64,000 nt of DNA from an uncultured Gammaproteobacteria bacterium (GTDB lineage Bacteria; Patescibacteriota; Microgenomatia; Levybacterales; UBA12049): NCBI GenBank assembly GCA_964483115.1, contig CAYZZF010000002.1, positions 5,493 to 69,492 on the forward strand, in the 5' to 3' direction. A program made the position numbers and the translations under genes. The notes beneath the pieces were generated by a model. That model had not been told where the DNA came from. It did no database searches and was given only the letters and a program-made list of their open reading frames with translations. Shown here one piece after another: positions 41,883 through 51,131 of the stretch; position 1 is the stretch's first letter; every line of letters begins with the position of its first letter.

Positions 41883-42197
41883 ATGATGGCTTGGGATTTT
41901 TTAAAATTTTGGTTCTTCGAAGCTCCAAGAGAAATATTAAATTTCTTTACCTCCCTTAACAAATCTTTTCTGGAATTAGTTTCTCTTCAACTTTTGGTAA
42001 AAACATATTTTAAAGCCTGGAAAAATGAGTACAGGGAGGGACTGGTTGGATTCTCGATTGCAATGGGAATATTTATAAAAACCCTTGTTATTTTTGCCGA
42101 TATAATTTTGTTTTCCATTCTTTTGTCAATTGAAATAATATTATTTTCTGCGTTTATTTTTTGGCCGATTGGAACAGTCATTTTGCTTTTTATTTAA
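41883..42197 (+). CDS. Small membrane protein coupled to the downstream Clp ATPase
   Basis: Start at ATG 41883 is preferred; S..LL.KT.F..WK motif and a hydrophobic C-half; 1 nt from the next ATG. Confidence 0.7.
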   Translation: MMAWDFLKFWFFEAPREILNFFTSLNKSFLELVSLQLLVKTYFKAWKNEYREGLVGFSIAMGIFIKTLVIFADIILFSILLSIEIILFSAFIFWPIGTVILLFI

Positions 42198-42198
42198 T

Positions 42199-44580
42199 AT
42201 GATCGGATACGCAAGAATTTATAATTTTTACACAACAAATATTATAAGATTATTAAGATTTGTTATTTTTATTTTTCTTCTATGGAGTACCTATCAATCT
42301 GTTTCTAATAGTTTTTTCCTTTCTGCCTCCTCTCGCATATCAATTTTTCTTCTATCCGTCTTCTTAATACTTGAGGTTTTTTTTCGCTTTAAAATCTCAA
42401 GATTGACTCCCAGAGTTTCGATTTCAGAAAATGAAGGCAAAAATATCTACACATCCTTTACTTTTAAAAGTTTATATGTTTTTTTAGGCAAAACAACATC
42501 AATAATAAAATTACTTCTTAAAGAAAAATCCAGCCTTTTTATTCTTGAAAAATCAGACATCAGGCAAAACGAGGTGTCACTTATCGATATTTCAAAAGAA
42601 GACTTAGGTGCGTATTCCCTTGAGGTTTCAAAAAATCTGAAGGGAAAATTTGTAACTACAATGGATATTTTAGTTTCCTATCTTCTATTAACTGAAGACA
42701 AAACCAAACTCTTGTTTAATAAAAATCTTAAAAAAGAGGAGCTAATGCATATTCTTTACTGGGCTCGCTTAAGATTTTCTGATGAAGAAAATCCAAAACC
42801 TTTTATGATAAATTTTTGGGGGGAAGGAATTGGAGAAGGCATGGTTTCGGGTTGGACTATAGAAACAAAAAAATACATGGTTGATAAAACATCGGAGATT
42901 TTAAGAAAAAGGACAACTCTCTTTGGGAAAGAGTCTGAATATAGACAGATCTTAGAAGCGTTATATCAGCAAAAAAGTGTTATTCTAGTTGGGGAGCAAG
43001 GGGTTGGTAAAGAAGAAATTATTGAAAGCCTTGCTTTTGAAAGTTTTACCGGCAGTTTGAGAGGAAGCCTTTATCATCAGAGGTTTTTTGAGCTTTTGAT
43101 TGATGCGCTTATTGCAGGATCTCAAAATCAAGGAGAACTTGAATCCCGTCTTGATGCAATTATCGCAGAGCTTGCCCACTCTGGCAATATAATTGTTTAT
43201 ATCCCATCTTTTGAAAATATCTTGGGATCTTCCTCTTTCCATATCGACCTTTCAGGAGTCCTTGCTCCGTATCTTGAAAGAGGAGTAATTCGCATAATTG
43301 CAACTGTTAGCCTTGGAGCATATAAAAAATTTGTTGAGGCGCGAAAAACACTGATGAATGCGTTCCAAGTTGTAAAACTTGAAGAGCCTGACAAGGATTT
43401 GACTCTACAGATGTTATTTAGGAAAACTCTAGATATTGAGGGAATTTACAGCGTTGATTTGACTTACAAATCTGTTATCGCGGCAGCTACGTACGGAAAA
43501 CAATATTTACCAGGAAGTTATTTGCCTGGCGCGGCTTTTGAGCTTCTTAAAGACACCGCCAATATGGTATTTCTTAGAGGTAAAAAAATTGTTGAAGAGG
43601 AGGATGTTATTGAAAAAGTAAAGACCCAAACAAAAATTGCAATTGGAAAGCCAAAAGGAAAAGAGAAAGAATTACTGCTCCATCTTGAGAATGAGATGCA
43701 TAAGCGAATTATTGATCAGGAAGAAGCTGTATCAGAGGTCTCAGAAGCTATGCGGCGGCTTCGAACAGGCATTACCACTCTTAATAAACCTATTTCATTT
43801 TTATTTTTGGGACCTACAGGGGTTGGAAAAACAGAAACAGCAAAAACTCTAGCCGCGCTTTACTTTGGAGGAGAAAACAAAATGATAAGGCTTGATATGA
43901 GTGAATATTCGGGGGATGACGCAGCCAGAAGACTATTGGGATCTTTACCGGGTGAAGAAGAAGAAAGAGGAGAGCTTACAGATAAAGTCTATGATAATCC
44001 GTTTTCATTAATTCTTCTTGATGAATTTGAGAAGGCAAATATTAATGTACTTAATTTATTCTTGCAGGTTTTGGATGACGGGCGACTAACTGATAATAAA
44101 GGAAGAACCGTATCTTTTGTCAATGCTATTATTATTGCAACCTCAAATGCCGCATCAGAATTTATTAGAGAGGAGATCGGAAAAGGTGCTACTGTAAATA
44201 AAAAATTTCAAGAAAAACTTCTCGAGTTTTTACAAACAAAAGGAATTTTTAAGCCAGAGCTTCTAAATAGGTTTGACGGAATAATTGTTTTTAAACCATT
44301 AGGGCAAGGAGAGGTGGTTCAAGTTATAAAGCTTTTGCTTTCAGAATTATCTAGAAAAATGCAAGAGCAGGATGTTGCTATCATTTTCGATGACAAAATA
44401 ATAGAAAAAATTATTAACGAAGGTTTTGATGAACAGTTTGGCGCCCGCCCCCTGCGCCGATATATTCAGGACAACATCGAAGATTTAATTGCCCAAAAAA
44501 TCTTAAAGGACGAGATAAAACGCGGGGACAAAATTTCCGTCTCAACTGATGGAAATCAATTTCTAATTTCTAAATCCTAA
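42199..44580 (+). CDS. Membrane-anchored Clp/Hsp100 AAA+ ATPase with degenerate D1
   Basis: Two N-terminal TM helices; D1 has GEQGVGKE and VYIPSFE; D2 is intact (GPTGVGKT, LLDEFEKA, KPELLNR, FGARPLRR). Confidence 0.88.
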   Translation: MIGYARIYNFYTTNIIRLLRFVIFIFLLWSTYQSVSNSFFLSASSRISIFLLSVFLILEVFFRFKISRLTPRVSISENEGKNIYTSFTFKSLYVFLGKTTSIIKLLLKEKSSLFILEKSDIRQNEVSLIDISKEDLGAYSLEVSKNLKGKFVTTMDILVSYLLLTEDKTKLLFNKNLKKEELMHILYWARLRFSDEENPKPFMINFWGEGIGEGMVSGWTIETKKYMVDKTSEILRKRTTLFGKESEYRQILEALYQQKSVILVGEQGVGKEEIIESLAFESFTGSLRGSLYHQRFFELLIDALIAGSQNQGELESRLDAIIAELAHSGNIIVYIPSFENILGSSSFHIDLSGVLAPYLERGVIRIIATVSLGAYKKFVEARKTLMNAFQVVKLEEPDKDLTLQMLFRKTLDIEGIYSVDLTYKSVIAAATYGKQYLPGSYLPGAAFELLKDTANMVFLRGKKIVEEEDVIEKVKTQTKIAIGKPKGKEKELLLHLENEMHKRIIDQEEAVSEVSEAMRRLRTGITTLNKPISFLFLGPTGVGKTETAKTLAALYFGGENKMIRLDMSEYSGDDAARRLLGSLPGEEEERGELTDKVYDNPFSLILLDEFEKANINVLNLFLQVLDDGRLTDNKGRTVSFVNAIIIATSNAASEFIREEIGKGATVNKKFQEKLLEFLQTKGIFKPELLNRFDGIIVFKPLGQGEVVQVIKLLLSELSRKMQEQDVAIIFDDKIIEKIINEGFDEQFGARPLRRYIQDNIEDLIAQKILKDEIKRGDKISVSTDGNQFLISKS

Positions 44581-44640
44581 ATTCCAAATAAATTCCAAAT
44601 CCAAAATGCCAAAACCTAAAACAAATAGTATTGAAATTCC
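44557..44640 (+). repeat. Heptamer array overlapping the Clp stop codon
   Basis: caatttc taatttc taaatcc taaattc caaataa attc caaatcc aaaatgc caaaacc. Confidence 0.65.
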
Positions 44641-44744
44641 TGGACTGTTTGATTTCAGCCATTCCGCCCCAAAAGCTCCTTGTAAAAATTAAAACCACAA
44701 AAATCGTTGCTACAAAATAGCAAATTTGGTATACTGTTTCAATT

Positions 44745-45785
44745 ATGCCAGCACTGCAGCGAAGTGAATTTGCACTTGCCTTAAATCAGGTCGCCAACGA
44801 GCGTGGCGTTGATATTTCTGTGGTTTTGGAAACGGTTAAAAATGCGATAATTGCCGCTTACAAGAAAGATCATCCTGGAATAAATGTTGAGGATTATTCG
44901 GCAGCTTTGGATAAAAATACCGGCGAAACAAAAATATTTTACAAAGATAAAGATGTTACCCCTCCAGGATTTGGTAGGATTGCGGCTCAAACCGCCAAGC
45001 AGGTAATCTTGCAAAAAATTAGAGAAAAAGAAAGAGAGGCAATCCTCTCAGATTATAAAACAAGAGTTGGAACTGTTATTAATGGTATGATTTTACGATT
45101 TGCTGGGCTAAATATAATCGTTGATATCGGAAAGACAGAAGCAATCATGCCACAATTTGAGCAAATACAAAATGAGAAATATTATCCTAATCAAAGACTA
45201 GCTGTTTACCTTTTGGAGATAAAAGAAGGCCTAAAGGGAGAAGAAGTAATAGTCTCAAGAGTAAATAATGGGCTCTTGGAGGGTCTGTTTAAGAGAGAGG
45301 TTCCGGAAATTGCGCAAGGATCTGTTGAGATTAAAAATATAGCCAGAGAGCCTGGAAGCAGAAGTAAAATAGCAGTTTATTCTGCTCAGAGCGGTATTGA
45401 TCCAGTTGGAAGTTGCGTTGGGCAAAAAGGCGTGAGAGTTCAAGCAATAATTCAGGAGTTTGGAGGACTTGAAAAAATTGACATCATTCAATGGCAGGAG
45501 GATCTAAAAGATTATATAGCGCAAGCATTGTCCCCTGCCAAAAATGTTAAAGTGGAACTAGATGAGGAGGAAAAAACTGCCCGCGTAACTGTTCCAAATG
45601 ATGAACTTTCACTCGCCATTGGGAAAGATGGACAGAATGTTCGGCTTGCCTCAAAGCTTACAGGGTATAGGATTGAGATAGAAGGAGAAGAGACAGATGA
45701 AGATACAAAAGATAAAAATGAAGAAAATGAAAGAGACATTATTGAAAAAAATAAAGCTAAGGCTAAATCAAAAGATGAAAAATAA
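44745..45785 (+). CDS. nusA: Transcription factor NusA
   Basis: FGRIAAQTAKQVI.QKIRE.ER, EVPEI..G, REPG.RSK, DPVGSCVG.KG.R, AIGKDGQNVRLASKLTG. Confidence 0.97.
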   Translation: MPALQRSEFALALNQVANERGVDISVVLETVKNAIIAAYKKDHPGINVEDYSAALDKNTGETKIFYKDKDVTPPGFGRIAAQTAKQVILQKIREKEREAILSDYKTRVGTVINGMILRFAGLNIIVDIGKTEAIMPQFEQIQNEKYYPNQRLAVYLLEIKEGLKGEEVIVSRVNNGLLEGLFKREVPEIAQGSVEIKNIAREPGSRSKIAVYSAQSGIDPVGSCVGQKGVRVQAIIQEFGGLEKIDIIQWQEDLKDYIAQALSPAKNVKVELDEEEKTARVTVPNDELSLAIGKDGQNVRLASKLTGYRIEIEGEETDEDTKDKNEENERDIIEKNKAKAKSKDEK

Positions 45786-45919
45786 ATTACAATACCAAGA
45801 TATCAAATTACAAATAAATTCAAATAATCAGGAAACAAAATCCAAAATTTATGTTTAAAACACTTGGAATTTCGGATTTAGGATTTGTTTGGAGTTTAGA
45901 TATTAGAGTTTGGAATCTT
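45784..45919. mobile_element. Heptamer-periodic inverted-repeat element between nusA and infB
   Basis: A-rich arm (aaattac aatacca agatatc aaattac aaataaa ttc) and T-rich arm (ggaattt cggattt aggattt gtttgg agtttag atattag agtttgg). Confidence 0.65.
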
Positions 45920-45927
45920 AATTTATT

Positions 45928-47436
45928 ATGGAAAAGAAAAATAAAACAAAAACCATTGCCTCTCCTTTGGCTTCCATTCCTCCTGTCGTGACTGTATTGG
46001 GTCACGTGGATCATGGAAAAACAACTCTTCTTGATGCAATTCGCAAAACCAACATTGCAGAAAAGGAGAAAGGCGGAATAACTCAAAAAATTGGTGCATC
46101 AAAAATAGAGTTTATAAATAATGAACAGAGAAGGCAAATAACTTTTATTGATACGCCAGGTCATGAAGCATTTTCTAAAATGCGTGGAAGAGGCATCCAA
46201 GCGGGAGATGTAGGAATTCTTGTTGTATCATCAAGCGATGGAGTAATGCCACAGACAAAAGAAAGTATTTTATATCTTAAACAAGCCAATATACCTTTTA
46301 TTGTTGCCTTGACAAAATCAGATCTCCCAAATAGGAATCCCGAAAAAATTAAACAGCAGCTGATTAAGGAAGGAGTAGAAATCGAGGCTTTTGGAGGAAA
46401 TGTCCCTGTTATTGAAGTCTCGGCAAAAACCAACACGAACATAAAGGAGCTTTTGGAATTAATACTTCTTGTCTGGGAACTAAACTTTAACAGTTCAATA
46501 TCAGAAACTGGAAGTTTTGTGGCAATTATTATTGAATCAAAACAGGATGCTAGAGTAGGTCCTCTTGCAACGCTTGTTATAAAAAATGGGACGTTGTCGA
46601 TTAAAGATGAATTGATCTGTGATGGTGTATATTGTCGAGTAAAGTCAATCATAAATGATCGGGGAGAAAAATTAAAAAGCGCAACAGTAGGGCAAGCTGT
46701 TGAGGTTTTGGGATTTGAGAAAGTTCCCAGTGTTGGTTCTTTAGTTATTAAAAAGGGTGCTGAGGTCGTCCACGAAGGACCAGTTAAAAGTTATTCGGCA
46801 TCGAAGCTCGTTATGCCAGACATTAGACGTCAAACGATACGGGAGACGAAACCGTTTACCCAAGACGACGATAGCCATCTTATTTCTGTTATTCTTTGTG
46901 CGGATACATTAGGTTCTCTTGAGGCAATAGTTAGTATACTGCCCAGAGAGGTAAATGTGGTTTTGCAAAAAACAGGCAACGTTGCGCCGGCAGATGTAAT
47001 ATTTGCAAAATCAACCGGTGCAATAATTTTGGGGTTTCATATAAAAATCCAGCCTGACATTTTAAGACTTGCTAAGACAGAAAAAGTATTAATGAAAAAT
47101 TATATGCTCATCTATGAATTGACAGATGAAATTAAAGATGTTCTAGAAGGTAAACAGTTAGAGCAAAAAGAAATTTTAGGTGTTGCCAAAGTTGTAGCTT
47201 CTTTTCCATATGAAAAAACTAAAGTATTGGGAATAAAAGTGATTGAAGGAAGAATAGCAAAAGGGGACAGAATAAGATTATTAAGGGGTGATAATACGAT
47301 TGGTGAAAGCGCGATATCATCTTTGCGCCAAGGAAAAAATCCTATTTCTAAGGTTGAAAAAGGGAATGAGGCGGGCATAATAATCTCTCCTTTTCTTGAC
47401 TTTGCCATAGACGATGTGCTAATATCTCTGGGTTAA
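45928..47436 (+). CDS. infB: Translation initiation factor IF-2 (short, no N-terminal domain)
   Basis: PPVVTVLGHVDHGKTTLLD, GGITQKIGA, DTPGHEAF..MR.RG, DGVMPQT. Confidence 0.95.
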   Translation: MEKKNKTKTIASPLASIPPVVTVLGHVDHGKTTLLDAIRKTNIAEKEKGGITQKIGASKIEFINNEQRRQITFIDTPGHEAFSKMRGRGIQAGDVGILVVSSSDGVMPQTKESILYLKQANIPFIVALTKSDLPNRNPEKIKQQLIKEGVEIEAFGGNVPVIEVSAKTNTNIKELLELILLVWELNFNSSISETGSFVAIIIESKQDARVGPLATLVIKNGTLSIKDELICDGVYCRVKSIINDRGEKLKSATVGQAVEVLGFEKVPSVGSLVIKKGAEVVHEGPVKSYSASKLVMPDIRRQTIRETKPFTQDDDSHLISVILCADTLGSLEAIVSILPREVNVVLQKTGNVAPADVIFAKSTGAIILGFHIKIQPDILRLAKTEKVLMKNYMLIYELTDEIKDVLEGKQLEQKEILGVAKVVASFPYEKTKVLGIKVIEGRIAKGDRIRLLRGDNTIGESAISSLRQGKNPISKVEKGNEAGIIISPFLDFAIDDVLISLG

Positions 47437-47447
47437 AAATAATTCTT

Positions 47448-48434
47448 ATGGATAGAAGAACGTCTGAACAAATACGAGATTTACTGGAAGTTAGCAATAA
47501 GATTGGAATTGCAGTTGGCAAAAACTCAGGAATTGATGAATTAGCAGGGGCACTTGCGCTTTATCTGGCTCTTCTTGAAAGAGGCAAGAATGTATCAATT
47601 GCTTGCCCAACTGACCCTCTGGTTGAACATACTGTGCTTGTTGGGATTGATAGAGTAAAGAAAAATTTTGATGGTGCAACAGGAGATATGGTAGTTTCTT
47701 TTCCCTACAAAGAGGGCGATATAGAAAAAATCTCTTATACACTTGAGAATGGACTTTTAAATATTATAGTTAAGGGCGGAGAAGAAGGACTTTCATTTAA
47801 CGAGAATGATGTTATTTTTAAAAGGTCCGAGGGTAATCCAGAGCTTCTTTTTGTTGTAGGCACTTCGAAATTGTCTGATCTTGATAAAATATTTGATCCC
47901 CATGCTCTTAGAGATACTAAGGTTATCAATATAGATAATAAGCGCGATAATCAGGGATTTGGAGACATAGTTTTGGTTTCTTCTAATTTCTCATCGGTAT
48001 CCGAAGGAATTACAGATCTTTTAATACTTCTTGATATTTCAATAGATATTGATATAGCACAAAATCTTTTATTAGGAATAGAAAATGCTACGAATAACTT
48101 TCAAGGTCCCAATACGAGTCCGGTTGCTTTTGAGATGGCAGCTGCCCTTATGAAAAAAGGAGCCAGAAGAACAGGAACAAGTTTTAGAAGACAGCAATCG
48201 GTGCCGCTTGAAGAAGTTTCTTCTATTTTTTCTCCTAAAGATTCTAATATTCTTAGTCCAATTGACAAAGATGAGAAAAGAAATTCATCTTTAGATAAAC
48301 AGGCCACAAAAGATCTATCTGCCGCCCGCCTGCCGGGACAGGGCAGACCCGCTTCGCAGCGAGGTGAGCAACGTAAAAACCCTCCAGTTGATTGGCTAAC
48401 CCCAAAGATTTATAAAGGCTCAACAAATATTTAA
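47448..48434 (+). CDS. DHH-family (NrnA-like) protein with degenerate catalytic motifs
   Basis: D...ALAL; INIDNK in place of IDHH; S.SE; A..LL.GI..AT..F; A..L...GA; position after infB. Confidence 0.7.
   Translation: MDRRTSEQIRDLLEVSNKIGIAVGKNSGIDELAGALALYLALLERGKNVSIACPTDPLVEHTVLVGIDRVKKNFDGATGDMVVSFPYKEGDIEKISYTLENGLLNIIVKGGEEGLSFNENDVIFKRSEGNPELLFVVGTSKLSDLDKIFDPHALRDTKVINIDNKRDNQGFGDIVLVSSNFSSVSEGITDLLILLDISIDIDIAQNLLLGIENATNNFQGPNTSPVAFEMAAALMKKGARRTGTSFRRQQSVPLEEVSSIFSPKDSNILSPIDKDEKRNSSLDKQATKDLSAARLPGQGRPASQRGEQRKNPPVDWLTPKIYKGSTNI
48318..48369. repeat. Tandem GC-rich palindromes in-frame in the DHH-like gene
   Basis: Hairpin tctgcc...ggcaga followed by cccgcttcgcagcgaggtgagc, which matches 52223-52244 at 18/22. 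Confidence 0.65.
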
Positions 48435-48514
48435 CTTTTTTCAGTCTTCCCTTCGGACATAAAATAAAATTAGAGTATTGAGGGCGCAAGGAAAACTTGC
48501 TATAATTAAAATCT

Positions 48515-48784
48515 ATGCCACTGACATCAACGCAAAAACAAGAAATTATAAAAAAATTTCAGACAGGAAAAGGAGACACTGGAAGTCCAGAAGTTCAGAT
48601 TGCTCTCTTAACAAGCCGCATTGACAAATTAACAGAGCACCTTAGAGAACATCAGCATGATGTGCACTCAAGACGCGGGCTTCTTTCGATGATTGCAAAA
48701 AGGAGAAGACTTATAAACTTTCTTAGAGGTGTTGATAAGACTCGTTATGCTTCTGTTGCAAAGAATCTTGGTCTTAAGGATTAA
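48515..48784 (+). CDS. rpsO: 30S ribosomal protein S15
   Basis: [23 protein letters not shown]. Confidence 0.97.
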   Translation: MPLTSTQKQEIIKKFQTGKGDTGSPEVQIALLTSRIDKLTEHLREHQHDVHSRRGLLSMIAKRRRLINFLRGVDKTRYASVAKNLGLKD

Positions 48785-51067
48785 ATGAATAAAACCATCG
48801 TTGTACTAGAGTTAGCAGGTAAAACACTTACACTTGAAACAGGAGAGCTTGCAAAACAAGCCACCTCTTCAATATTAGCCAGACTTGGAGATACAATGGT
48901 GCTTGTTACGCTTGTGGTGGGAAATGTGCGGGAAGACTTAGATTATTTTCCTCTAACTGTTGAATATGTCGAAAGACTGTATGCAGGCGGAAGAATAAAA
49001 GGAAGCCGCTGGGTAAAACGCGAAGGAAGACCAAGTGATGACGCAATACTAACCGCCCGGCTTATAGACCGTTCTATAAGACCGCTTTTCCCAAAAGAAT
49101 ACAGGAAAGAAATCCAGATAGTTGTTACTGTTCTTTCTGTAGATGGTGAAAATGAGCCGGATGTTCTATCAATTATTGCAACCTCTGCAGCTCTTACAAT
49201 TTCTCCTGTGCCTTGGAAGGGTCCAATTGGAGCAACCAGAGTCGGTCTTGTAAGGGAAAAAAGTAACGGAAACCTGGAGTATTTGATAAATGCCGATGTT
49301 GCAGAAAGTGAGTTTTCAGAGCTTGACTTAGTTGTTTCACAAACAAAAGAAAAAACTTTAATGCTTGAAGCGGGTGGACAGGAGGTAAGCGAAGACATAA
49401 TGTCTGCGGCAATAGAAAAAGCACATACGGAGAATAAAAAAATTATAGGATTTATAGAAGATCTTGTAAAAAAAGTTGGTAAGAAAAAGGAAACCATTTC
49501 TCCTGATACAAAAGTTTCTGAACTTATTCAAAGATTTGAAAAAAACTATAAAGAAGAAGTCTCTTCCCTTATTAAAGCAAGAGCCAATAAAGAAGGCAGT
49601 CGAACAGAAACAGGAGAGCTTGTTGACAAGATCTTTGAGGAAGAAAAGGCAGCAAACCTAGAGGTTGAGATTGATAAAAAGCTTATCTTAAGAGCGATTG
49701 AAGAGTTTTTATTTAAGATTGTCAGAAATGATATTTTAAAAAATGGCAAAAGACCTGATGGTCGAAAAGCTGATGAGATTCGTCAGATAAGCTCACGGGT
49801 TTCAGTTCTTCCAAGGACTCATGGATCTGCTATTTTTCAGAGAGGCGACACCCAAGTATTAACTGTTGTGACTTTGGGTTCTCCAAGACTTGAACAATTG
49901 GTTGAGACAGCAGAAGGGGAAGAAACAAAACGGTACATGCATCATTATTCAATGCCTCCTTATTCGGTTGGTGAGACAGGAAGAATAAGTTTTCCATCAA
50001 GACGCGAGATAGGACATGGAGCGCTAGCTGAAAGAGCACTTCTTTCAGTTATCCCAAAACAAGATGTATTTCCATACACTATACGAGTTGTTTCAGAAGT
50101 TCTATCTTCAGATGGTTCAACATCAATGGCTTCGACATGCGGTTCAACCCTGGCTTTAATGGATGCAGGAGTGCCAATCGAGAACGCAGTTGCAGGAATT
50201 GCTATGGGGTTAGTTTCAGACACTGATAAATATGTTATTCTTACCGATATTTTGGGTCTTGAGGATTTTTCAGGAGATATGGATTTTAAAATTGCAGGGA
50301 GTAAAAAGGGTATTACCGCAGTTCAGCTTGATGTAAAAAATGATGGATTGACCACTGCTCAAATAAAAGAGACCTTTGAGGGTGCAAAGAAAGCTCGACT
50401 TGCAGTTCTGGAAAAAATGTTTTCTATAATACCCAAGACAAGAGAAGAGGTTTCAAAATATGCCCCCAAAATAGAACTTATTCATATCCCGGTTGAAAAA
50501 ATTGGAGAAGTAATTGGTCCTGGAGGGAAAATAATCAGAAATATTATTGCTCAAACCGGTGCAACTGTAGATGTTGAAGATGATGGAACTGTTTCGATAT
50601 CTGCTACAACCGAGGATGCAGTGAAAAAAGCAGTAGAATGGGTACAAGGGTTAACTCGCGAAATAAAAGTTGGAGAAACATTTGAAGGTGAAGTTAAAAG
50701 GATTTTGCCATTTGGAGCATTTGTAGAATTGTTACCTGGCAAAGAAGGTATGGTTCATGTTTCACAGATGGGACATGGGTTTGTTAAAAATCCAGCTGAT
50801 GTCGTTTCTATTGGACAAAAGATAAAAGTAAAAGTTTTCGAAATAGATGAGCAAGGAAGAATAAATCTTACTATGAAACTTGCTAGTGAAGATAAGGATT
50901 TTAGTAGAGGTCAAGATTTTCAAAAAAGACCACGTCAAAGACCAAAGTCCGAAGAGCATCCATTATCAAGACAATTCAGAAGAGAACGAGCTGAAAGTTT
51001 TGATAAACCCCGTGGCTTTCCCCAAAGACGACCACGTGGCTCTAATTTCCGCAAATCTTCCTATTAA
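48785..51067 (+). CDS. pnp: Polyribonucleotide nucleotidyltransferase (PNPase)
   Basis: RLIDRSIRPLFP, RTHGSAIFQRG, RREIGHGALAE, GDMDFK; KH and S1 domains. Confidence 0.97.
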   Translation: MNKTIVVLELAGKTLTLETGELAKQATSSILARLGDTMVLVTLVVGNVREDLDYFPLTVEYVERLYAGGRIKGSRWVKREGRPSDDAILTARLIDRSIRPLFPKEYRKEIQIVVTVLSVDGENEPDVLSIIATSAALTISPVPWKGPIGATRVGLVREKSNGNLEYLINADVAESEFSELDLVVSQTKEKTLMLEAGGQEVSEDIMSAAIEKAHTENKKIIGFIEDLVKKVGKKKETISPDTKVSELIQRFEKNYKEEVSSLIKARANKEGSRTETGELVDKIFEEEKAANLEVEIDKKLILRAIEEFLFKIVRNDILKNGKRPDGRKADEIRQISSRVSVLPRTHGSAIFQRGDTQVLTVVTLGSPRLEQLVETAEGEETKRYMHHYSMPPYSVGETGRISFPSRREIGHGALAERALLSVIPKQDVFPYTIRVVSEVLSSDGSTSMASTCGSTLALMDAGVPIENAVAGIAMGLVSDTDKYVILTDILGLEDFSGDMDFKIAGSKKGITAVQLDVKNDGLTTAQIKETFEGAKKARLAVLEKMFSIIPKTREEVSKYAPKIELIHIPVEKIGEVIGPGGKIIRNIIAQTGATVDVEDDGTVSISATTEDAVKKAVEWVQGLTREIKVGETFEGEVKRILPFGAFVELLPGKEGMVHVSQMGHGFVKNPADVVSIGQKIKVKVFEIDEQGRINLTMKLASEDKDFSRGQDFQKRPRQRPKSEEHPLSRQFRRERAESFDKPRGFPQRRPRGSNFRKSSY

Positions 51068-51131
51068 CAAGTCTATTTATATAGATTGTTGTTTGTTGTA
51101 TAGAATATTTCTCTTGTAGTATTATAGATAT

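Noticed and set aside
45820-46086. 88-aa minus-strand ORF (..LISKLQTNPKSEI..)
   Set aside because: It is a translation of the heptamer repeat plus the antisense strand of infB.
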